Notes under the pieces: model-generated
Seen by the model: the letters and a program-made list of their open reading frames with translations, nothing else
Database searches by the model: none
What the model was told of the DNA's origin: nothing
In this document: one piece after another, positions 15,201 through 26,900 of the stretch
Numbering within the stretch: position 1 is the stretch's first letter
Layout of the letters: every line of letters starts with the position of its first letter
Translations under genes and position numbers: made by a program
Origin: Pavona decussata
Lineage: Eukaryota
Assembly (NCBI GenBank): GCA_977016875.1
Contig: CDRNST010000026.1
Span: 1,178,001-1,242,000 of the forward strand
Direction: 5' to 3'
Length of the DNA stretch: 64,000 nucleotides

Positions 15201-16040
15201 TAAATGAAAATAGCGATATAACATTGACTCCCAGCTCCAGCGTCCAACTCATGGGACCTGACCTGGTCTAACGTATCTTTTTTTAATGTGACCAGTCAAA
15301 TGAGAGCTATCGAGCGGTAAACCTTCTATGTTAGTGAATAAAAACCTTAATTAACCTTAACCGGTTAACTTTCAACTGCATGAAAACTGCGAAGCAATCC
15401 TTTCCTTTGTTGTGGTTTGCAAGTTAACAGAGTTAACGTCCTTCTTACTCATTGGAAAATTGTGTCAAAGTTTCAAATTGCGCACGATTCAGCTGTGAAA
15501 TTGGAGCTATTGAGCCTGCGAACGAAATAGTAATGAACCCGACAGCCTTGTAATTGTGTTCACAGAAATCCGTCAATGCCCTCGTGGCCGTTCGCCGATT
15601 ATCAAGCATGACATCCCTAATGAACATAAAAAGCCGGCCTTCTGTTGTGCCCTCCTTAGCAACCGTGCCTTCTAGTAACGAAGAGGAGGAAGAACTGGAG
15701 CGTGATGACGAGGAAAGTAGGGAGCATGGTCAAACAAGGGAAAAACGTGTACTCGTTGATAAACCTGTGGATAAAGAGGGACACCCTGCTGTAGAAGGAA
15801 AAGAGCAAATATCAACAGGTAAGTATTCTGGGAACTTTTGATCCTTTAAAAGCAATTAAAAAGTCTAAGAACAAAAATGAGCTCGGAACTCAACAAGGCA
15901 GTCAATGAAAAACAAAGTTTGTTTTTTGATGAAGTTGCTGTAGTAATTAACTTTCTAAAGAAGCTGTGTTTTGATTATTCATTGACCGAACGACCGATTG
16001 ATCGATCTATCAATCAATAGATCGATTGAGCGATTGATTG

Positions 16041-16092
<52 letters not shown>

Positions 16093-19000
16093 CTTGCTTG
16101 CTTGATTTATTAATAGATTCGACTGGTTGGTTGTCTCGTTGATCGCTTGATCGGATTGATCAAATGATTGATTACACATTGATTCTTTCATTCTTTTACT
16201 GACAGAGCTTCCAGTTTTCACCAAAAAACTAAGTGACGTTTCGAACATCGAGGGAGAAACTGTTTCCTTGGAGGTCGTCATCAAAAACGACTCAAACTGC
16301 CAGCTGAAGTGGTTCAAGGATGGAAATGCAATCACTGAGGGTGGGAGAATATCTCTTGTCAATTGTGGCGAAGGACGATATTCACTTGTTATTCAGGATG
16401 CTGAAGATGGAGACTCTGGGCAGTACTGTTGTGTGGCTCAAAATGAGAGCGGGAAGGTCACGAGCACTGGAAAGCTATCTGTGGAAGGTAAGCCCAGCTT
16501 TTCTTCTAAGATGGGTCACACTACATTTCGATACTCAAAAAGAAGCCCTTCAGATCAACAGTAAAGTCATATGGACAAAGCATTAGGAGTTCCATGAGTA
16601 GAAAGTAACTTTGAAGGAGTCCACACCTTTGTTAGTTCCAATAAATCACTATGTTAATGGCACCTGAGTTGTAAAGGCGTAAGCAAGAATCATCGGATGC
16701 CAATTTAACTTGGGTCCGTTGTTAGTGAACAGAACTAGTAGACAATTGTTTCAATTGCAGCTGCGTCCAAAAGCGAGGACACCGAGGACGAGGAACAAGA
16801 GATTGACAGTTCAATAGGTGAGTGGCTACCAGACACAATTGTCACTAGCAGTGTTAAAATTAAACCAGGAACGTCAGGCTCAAATCGTGGATTTTTCTTA
16901 TAATTTAAACTTTGGTTTTGACAAACGTATTGGCCCTGGGTGGTTCCGTTTCCAAGGAGCTGCGGGAACACGAACGGCCACTTCGTGTCCACCTAAGTTT
17001 CGCTGTAACACCCATGCACCCGGTTGGTTGATAAGTGGGCATCCCACAGTGGCCTCAGGAGAGGTTACCAGGAAGGTATGTTTTCACTGGTCGGAAAGTT
17101 GCTGTCTTTATTCAATCAATATCAAAGTGAAGAACTGTGGCTCTTTATACGTGTACTACTTTGACAGTACACCAGACAGAGTACATGATACTGAAACATT
17201 GCACCTCCAGAAACGCAACATTTGGATACTGGGGACAGTAATGGAAGTGGAATATTTAAAATAGATATATTTGAACTGCGGATGAAAGAATAAATAATTA
17301 AACGACCATCGCAGTTATGTTCGCAGATATGTTCAAGCCTGTTTTTTTTTTCAAGCCTTCCGTTCCGCAACTACTTAAATTGCGGACATAACCGCTAACG
17401 ACATGCAATTAATCCTCATAGAAAAAGTCTACTCTAACCGAGACTCAATCCGTAAGGCCAGGGAAGCCTTTTTTAATCTCAAAAGGCAGAACACTCTTTC
17501 CACATGGCCTTAATATTCGCGAAGAAATGTACTAGCTTTTTTCCTTTTATTATTTTTTTTATTTTTTGTTATTATTATTTAATTTGCTTCATATTTTATA
17601 CTGTCAATCAATTTAGTTTAACGTAGTTCCGCTATTGCGCAAATATTTGTCAGCTATATAAGCGTACGTCCCAATGTAAATTTTCATTATACCTGAAGAA
17701 GGCTGGTTTGGCCAGCCGAAATATAGTAACCTTTAAACCGTAACTCTACATTGTATCGGTCTCTGCTTCTTTTGTCATTTGTATTGGTTAAGCCGATCAG
17801 ATCAACAATTGATCCAACGTATACCAGCAGGATAATCGTCCACGGTTGTTGCTTGGACTTGACTCATAACTGCGATGTTCATTCACTTTAATATTCATTC
17901 TTTCAACCGCAGTTCAAATGTATGTATTTCATATATTTCACTTGCGTCTCTTGACCTCGATGGGTATATTACGAATACACATGAAATGACCAGCTCTCAG
18001 TTGGCTTGATAGCTCAGTTGGTAGATCACTGCAAAAGTATCGCAGAGGTCATGGGTTTGAATTTCTTTCAAGCCTGAATATTTTTCAGGCTTTCTTTTCA
18101 CAATTACTTAAGTTCTTAAATAACTGCGATAGCTATTCACTTATTTATTCATTGAGAACAGTACAGAGGAACTCTGCTAATGAGGTCATACTTATGTGGT
18201 CGTATTAATGGGGTTCTAAAACAAACCGAGGATTTTAAAATAACTTATAATAAATTAATTTATTAATTTATATTGCGCAGTATCAACATAACATAAGGCG
18301 AATAAGTCCATGAGCTATTCTTCAAAACGAACAAATTAACAATAATCGTAATCATGATAATAAGAACAGTCGAAATCGCGATCATAATCATACCCTAACG
18401 ATCAGATAATAACAGCAATAACAAGAATAATAAACCTGATTCAATCCTAATTGTGTACAATACTCTCATAGTAATAACCACGATCACAATCATAATCATT
18501 ATAACAATGGTAACGCTAACGATAGTGATAATGTTAATGATAGTAATGCAACACTTCCGTCGGTCTCGAATCGACGAAAAGACTAAGCCATTTTCAATAG
18601 TTAACTTAATAATTGTTTAAAATAAACCTGTTGCTCTGGACTTTGAGGTAACTTCAGTTGGTTCACAGTAACTTGTTGCATTGTCGAGTAAGGGTTTACA
18701 ATAGTAACCTACCGATGACTTGTACCATAAACGGTTGTGAAATCATACTGTAGATATGCAGCTCGACAGCGACCGTGAGAGTGAAAGCGCTGGCTACCTC
18801 CATCACTTGACTACCTTTTTTTCATTATGAATAATACGCTGAGAGCATATTTCATGTTCTGTTTCACATCATACCTTAACATGGACATTTACCGTGCTTA
18901 AACAGAAGTCCCAGTTTTCATGAAGGAACTCCACGACGTCACAGTCAATGAGCGAGACACCGTTACACTTGAAGTGGTTGTCAGTGGTAATTCACCCTAC

Positions 19001-22000
19001 GAACTAGAATGGTTTAAGAACGCGGTCGACGTCACAGAAAGCGAGCGTATTTCTCTAGTGAAGCATGATGAGGGGCGATTCACGCTCGTCATCCGGGATT
19101 GTGAAGATGACGACACTGGAGAGTACTGCTGTGTGGCTCAAAACGAGGCTGGAAGAGTTACGTGTGCTGGCTGGCTAACTGTCGAAGGTATAGGGCAATT
19201 GCGCATCGCCATTTGTGTTAAAACGTTTCTCGATAAAGAATAAATATATTTTTTTAAAGAATTGTTAAGGGTTTAAGATGAAATAAAGGGGAGAGAATAC
19301 CCATCATGAACTTTCTTCGTTCGTAGACAAAAATGAAAAAAAAAAATTAACACTAATAACAATAATATTAATAATCATATAATCATAAGCATTATTATAA
19401 TAATAATCATCATCATAATCATTGAATTCTGACGACACCGGAAAGGAAAATCAAGCCTGCAGCTTCGAGTATTCTGCAATGTGTTTATAATAATGTATTA
19501 ACAATAATGAGAGAACAACAATTCTAATTGACGATAATAGTAGTAACATAATAATCATTAATCAGATTCCATCATAACAGTGGAAGACATTCTAAAAATA
19601 ACGCCGTTACATCCCTTAAAAAAAGCCAAATAACCCGTATTCCTGATAAAACTTTTATGTGCCCTGTTTTCCTATAATTTCCCCATGCACAAAAAGGCAA
19701 TGGAACTCGTTACCCGAGGATATTGCCACCCTGCCAAACTTGACCTCTTTCAAAAAAAGCACTAGTTTCATAACCGCATCCGTTTGTGTGTTTTACTTTT
19801 CTATTTATATTTAGTTAGTTACTTGTTTATCTATTTCTAATTTGCCTATTGTTAGCCAATTTATTTATTTACCTTTAACGACCCCTCACAAGAATCTTCA
19901 TTTTTGAAGGAGGTGGGGCTTCTGGGAAGAAGAGGAATAATAATATTTTTCTCAACTATCCCATATCCCGTTAAACCCTGTTCATGTATTGTTCAAATTA
20001 AAATGAACTGCGATGTCTCTGTTGCCAACATAATCACTCACCTTTGAAGACAATCTTCTGTTCCTTCACGATGCTCTCTCAATACACTGATGAAAACGCT
20101 TAAAGGAGAACCTCGAAAGCAATAGGTGAAAGATTGACTGGAATATTTGTATTATTAATATTTCTTTCTTCAGTTGAAAGCGCTAAATCCGAGGAAGAAG
20201 AGGAGAGTGAGGAATCGGAGGATGAAGATGTATTCGAACCGAAAGAGGTCGTTGAAATACGCGAAGATGATGCTCAGACATTTTACTGCATCGAGGAGGA
20301 GGTTGGAAGGTAACCTCTAACAAACTATTCAGTTAAGCTTCGGTTCCTCTGTGATAAATCTCTGCTGTGGTATACTTCAGGAAAGGAAAAGAGAATTCCC
20401 ATTAATGCTCCTGATAACTAGTTTGGAACAAATCCCTAAACCTTCAAAATCTTCTCGATGTTTGATTATTATACACTTTTTCCATTTATTATTAAGGGGC
20501 CGATTTGGCATCGTCAAAAAGTGCGTGGAACTTGAGACTGCTACGAGATTTTGCGCCAAGTTCATCAAATCGAGGCCAAGCCAGAAAGACGAGTTTAAAC
20601 GAGAAATTGACGTTATGAATGCACTTCATCACCCGCGCCTGATTAGACTATACGATGCGTTTGAGGAACCAAGGCAGATCATCCTAATCATGGAATAGTA
20701 AGTCATCATTGCAAACTGAAGTGAGCAGATTGCGAATTTGATTTAGTATACAGTAAACAAAACAGTAGCTCAGCAAAGGACTGCAAAATATATAAATATA
20801 TGGTTACACGTGAGGATTTCATCCAAATGTTTCATGGCATCGATCAACCGAGACCTAGTACAACATAATACACAAAATGAAACTGAGTTCGACACAAAGT
20901 ATGTGATCTCACTTCCTGTGTAGTTCTCAGATACTGCTGATATATAGAGATAATAGTACAACCAGTATCGCCCCGCCCCCTAAAAGTCTTCTATATTTGG
21001 GTTACGTTTTCTGTTCATTGCAAAAAAAAAAAAATTCTATTGGAATGAAACGGAAACAGAATCTCTGTTACGTTAAGTGAAAAAAAATTGGCAATTCAGG
21101 TTGTTGTTTATAGTTTTCGTTTGCTCTGTTATTAACAGAATTAAGTTTTGCCCACTGTCCAAAATGTTCTTCTAATGACGTAAATAAACACAATTGATTA
21201 ATTATGTACATACCCTGGAACATGTGCCACTTATTTTGTTGCAAACATGGAGATCAGAAACCATGAATCAAAAATATCTACATTTCACAGAAGAAATGTT
21301 TTTATGTAACGAGCTCCACACACTACTGATTGTAATTCAATTAGTCGGCGATTTTTTCTTAGTCCCTATAGGTGGTTTTCCATCGCCCCCGTGTTGGTGG
21401 ACAAAACAAAAGAAAATTTGTTCACAAAGTTTGTAAAAATGGCAGGTAACTCCCAGAGAAGAAAATCTCATTGTTCCTGTCTACCAACATGGCCCCCGTG
21501 ACGTCACATGCAAACCATCAATACGTTCAAGCTAAGTTCATGTTCCGTTTAAAAAAACGTTTCCCTTGTAGTAATATACTTCATGCATTTATAGTGACTT
21601 GTCAATTTTTAATATATTAACAACAACTTCAGAAGCCACAAATTTAATACTTTACCAGGGATTATGTTCCCAGATTCCCCTTCCATCCCCCCCTCCCACA
21701 AAACTCGCGCCTAGCCGGTTCTTAATTTCTCTATGGTCCCTGTAGTAAGGTGCAAATCACTTATCTTACTACTGATTCCTTTTGTCAATTGCCTCTATTT
21801 AGTGCCAGAGGAGATGATTTAAACGCTCGTATAGACGGAGATTCCCTGCCTGAGTTTGAAGCTGTGAAAATCCTCAAGCAGGTCTTGGAAGGCCTTAAGT
21901 TTATGCACGACAAAGTTTACATGCATCTGGACCTCAAAGTAAGAAAAACCTTAGCTGCGTATTCAGCACGTGAGAGGGGTACAAAGTGCTCACACTTCTG

Positions 22001-23947
22001 ACATTCTTTACCTTCTCAAAAAAGCAAAAAGCACCAAAATTTGTGAATTTTCATAGAATTCATCTGACAACATGCCACGTGAACTAATTGTTCACGTGGC
22101 ATAATGTTTCGTCCCGTTTAACCAACGGTGAAGGAAACAGTTTTAGACGTACTGTTTACCCTCCAGGTTTCATGGTCTTAAAGTTACGCCCCAGGCTCAG
22201 AAATTTAACATTGTTAAGCTCGATCCGTCAAGAGACCTTTGCTTGTCTCAGTCTTCAGTGATACGAAGCGCCTAATGCCAGTCAATTTCTAATTGATACC
22301 TCAGTTCAGTCTTCAAAAACTGCTGCAAGATGAAAGTATATTTTCCCGATGATCCTCGGAGCAAAGTAAAATAGTAAAAGCAAAACTTCATTGAATCTCC
22401 CTGTCAGGGTTTTTCAGACCCAACGTACATTAAGTATATAAATAATTCATAGGACATTAGTTTAAAATATCGAATAAAATATGTAAGCGTTAAAATCATA
22501 ATAATAGATAAAAACATCAATAGGTAACTCTCCTAGCTGACAAGAAATGATTCAAAAAGGAATTCTCTAATATACTCGCCACAGCACCACATGTAATCCC
22601 CCAACTCTCTCTCCCCTCCCCCCTTCTAACGAGTTTTTAGTCGCTGACATTTTTCTCTCTTTTATCAGCCACAAAATGTGATGTTCAAGAACGAAGGAGG
22701 ATCCAAGATCAAGCTCATTGATTTTAGCCTAACAAGGAAATTTGATCCTCAGCAGGAAACGAAAATTTCGTTTGGAACTGCAGAGTACGTGGGTAAGTGA
22801 TATTTTATTATGATCAAAGGAGCGAGAAGTTATGCGGGCTTGGGTATAATTCTTTTTTCTATTTGTCAAGCAATCAGGAAGGTAAGTGTCCACATCTCAC
22901 AAACAGCAATTGATATCTCTTCAATGGAAACCAAGCTTTCGTGTAAACGTGTGTAATTTTCACATCATTTGAAGTAGGTGGAATTAAGTGGCACAGAACA
23001 TGACTATGCTTGCGTATAACAATTCTTCGAGCCCCTACTATTCTCTGAAAGCAGAGGAGCCAGTGATATATAGACTTTTTCTCTTCCTAGGCTGCCAGTG
23101 TTCTTATAGACCTCTTATAGACGCTCTCTTATGATCTTATTTCCCTTCTTTATGCCCTTATTTAGTAAGTATATTATTAAATATGTTATTTGTATTCGAT
23201 GCAGCTCCAGAAATAGTGAACTACGAGCCAGTGACGCTGTCAGCCGATATGTGGTAAGTTCATACTGTACAGATCATTGTATTAGTTTTCATTTTCATTA
23301 CACCGGTACCAATCGTCCGAACTAACATTGTTATTTGTGTCGTTGATTTTCAGGGCGATTGGCGTAATAGCTTATATAATGTAAGTATTCACAAGAGGGC
23401 TCACGGCAGTCATGGGTAGCTCATACAGGGTTTTTATTAAAGGGGCATGGTTGATAAAAGACAATGGTTATGAAGCCTGACAAACTTCGTTGTTATATGT
23501 TTTTGTTAGCATTTTTGGCCTTAACCGTGCACAAACCAGAGAGATTTTGAGATGTGTTGGGGCAAATGACCAATAGAAACGTTCCTGGATTGTGCCCTGT
23601 CACCACTCTCTCTCGCAACATAAATTGCAGCACCATCGTTGTCATGAAAATGTTTCATAATCATTCCCTCAACCGGCTAACCGATGAAAGGAGGCAGTAT
23701 ACAATTATCTAGATAATCTAAATGGTGAAACGAGCGTCGAGTGGGGTTTATGGACTGAAATTCCCAACAATCCTCGCTTGATCCATTTCTGGTCAATGTT
23801 GCAATTCTCCATTCAACTTGGGCCATAAGTGGATTCCTCGATACCATTTCACTTAACAAAAAATACCCCAAGTGTAAAGTATGACCACTGACTGGGCCAA
23901 ACAAAATTTTTATCCATTTTCATGTAGTTTACCTCCCTTTTAGTTTA

Positions 23948-23997
<50 letters not shown>

Positions 23998-26900
23998 TAA
24001 TAACGATGACGAAGTTCTTATGGAGCGTATATAACGCTATTATCGTACGTATTTAAATGATGATGTCACAAGGTGCCACCATTCTTGCGAAACGACCACA
24101 CCCATGTAGTAATCACCTGCGAGGTTCTATTTGGACTATTGGTTTCTGGTTAACTTGGCAGGGTATCTAGACCTAGAAACTAGCTTGAGGTAGTCAAAGT
24201 GCCCATTAATTTGCCAAGGAATAAATTTACATTTGGGAAGGACAGAAACGTTTATTTTGTCACCTTTCATTACTAAGCCTTGCTATGGAACTCAATTTCG
24301 ATTTATCTAAAGAAGACTATAAAGACTTTGTCATAAACTTGTCTAACATCAATTCAATCTGAAAATTTGTTCTGCAGGTTGAGCGGTGAATCACCATTCC
24401 TAGGTGACAGCGAAGCGGAAACTTTCAGTCGCATCACAGAAGGACGATGGGAATTTTCAGACGTGTTTGATTATGTCAGCAAGGAGGCAAAGGATTTCAT
24501 AACGAGGCTGCTCGTCAAAGAGCCAAAGTATTTACCACAATAATTCTATTAGTAGTTTCTCATATTAATACATAGTCAGCGTAATAAATAACGTCACAGG
24601 AAAGCACTATTGAGTGTTTATGTAAATTATATTTTATGATCCACGGTCTTTAAAGTTAGCCCACCCCTTTAAAGCATAAACAGCATCATAAGAAAGTGCC
24701 TACCTGTTGATGACACGTGACTGGTCACAAAACAGGATTTTGTCAACATACTTTAAATAGGCTAGAACCACTTTTTACAACTTATATATAATGAAAAGTG
24801 TAATACAACTTTTCTTTGGAGGGGGTGGGAGGGTTATAACTCACGATAATACCGCTGCTTCTAATGACATTGTCTCAACAATGCTGAAAGCCAACGCGAC
24901 AAGGACTGCCGGAGTCACGATTATTTGATTTGTAAATTTAACAAAATTAACTATGATCCACTGGTCGAAAACATACCGAAAAATGCAGATAGTACGCAGC
25001 TCTTAAGAATCTCTAATTTAGTTGGCATTGTTTATCACAGCGCTATTGTTTCAGGTCGATCTAGGGTCCATTGTTTTTGTTGTTTGTTTGTTTATGGTTC
25101 CGCTTTGGTTTTCTCAGCCAATCCTGTATATAAACCGTTCTAACAGCTGCCAGGTGCCCCCAAAATTTCTTCAACCTACCGGACTGATAATTAACAATGG
25201 CAGAATACGACGAGATTGAAATTTACTACTATCCAAACTACCGTTCGATATTGTCGCATATTAAGCTATAGGTATTAAATGAGATTATTACTGAACAGTC
25301 CAGTTTCGAATTCACCAAGAGCACTGTATAAAAATACAAAAGACTTATGGGCTAGCCTCAAACCTGAAGCAAAATATTCACATTCACATCCACGTTTACG
25401 CAGAAGTGTGAAAAGTTTTACTTCTCACTGGTATTTGTGAATATTTTACTTTAGATAGTGGCTAGCCCTGCATAAATGCGTCTTTTGTCTTTTTGTCCAG
25501 CCGTCTTGGTGAATTCGAAACTGGAATATTCCTTCTTATTAATCCAAACAAATAATCATCTTATAATTTCACAGAAAAAGAATGACAGTGGACGAGTGCC
25601 TGGAACATGAGTGGATCAAGGTAAAAACAAATAGCACTTAAAACTTGATATCGTAATCACGTAGGCTCGAGTTCCGCCGCTCTCTTAGCTTAGGTCTGGA
25701 ATTTGTCCCTAGTCCATGGTTCCTCTGAGCAGAGGTTAATAATCGAGCCTATATCGTATGCTCATCAACTTGAAGTTGTCATCATCAATCACTGGTGTAG
25801 CAAAAGGCGTCTATATCATGCATCTATCTTACACCATACCTCAATATTTCTATGTTATGCAATCCATGCCCTACATGATATGTACAGTTAAGCATTCAGA
25901 GAAGCTTAAAAATGTATATAATATAGTATTTACATTTTTTTACACTTTAAGTTCGCGGGAGCGGTTATGTCTGACCCATTGTTACTGATGGTGGCATTCA
26001 AGACCTAGCTGGTTCTCTGCATTTTTCTCGGTTTCTGCTCACTAAAAGCATCTATGTATTCACCTGACACTGAAAAAGAAAAAAAAACGGTCTTCAAATT
26101 TGAACATGTTTTGTCCAAATTTAAGCTTCTATCTTGAGTTGACTCTAAGATATGGGTCAGTGAATTTCGAGATTTTTGCAATCTAAAACTCATAAGACCT
26201 TTGCATGGTGTTTGGAAATTTGGAGCGAGGGTACTTATACCCTCTTATAATATCATTCCCACCCACGACAAAGCTAGAGCAATTCTCTTCAAATGATGGA
26301 CAAACACGCTGCATCAATAAAAGTTAACGTCGGTTTGCCAAGCCATATGTAGTCTAACAAATGGATAAGGGGGTTAGTTTCTAAAGAAACTGTGTAGTTG
26401 TGTTGGTGGGGAGCAGAAACGTATGTTTGGTTTATCAACATAGTCGATAACTGGAGGTAAAGGTAAATTGTCCACCGTAAGGAGATTCGAGTGCTGACGT
26501 TTCGTGTGTTAGCCCTTCCTCTCTGACGAAGGGCTAACACGCGAAACGTCAGCGCTCGAATCTCTTTACGGTGGCCAATTTACCTCCAGTTATCAACCAA
26601 ACATTCATTTGTGAAATATCATACAGGCCTTTGGGTATATTCGTGTTGTATTTTCTGCCAAAATGTTTACTTACAGCTATGATTACACTGTTGTGTTGCA
26701 ATTGTTCTGGTTCAAGCATCGACATTGTGTACCTGACAACGTCGAAAATGAAACAAGGCGGCATAGGAAACAAAAGAAGCTAGAGAACATAACTGATTCA
26801 GGCATGCGTAACTGAAGAACGTGACGAAGACAACTATAACTTGCCACCGCCAACAATGACCAGGATGCCCCGCGGCGTTCATGCTAACCGCTGTAAAGGA

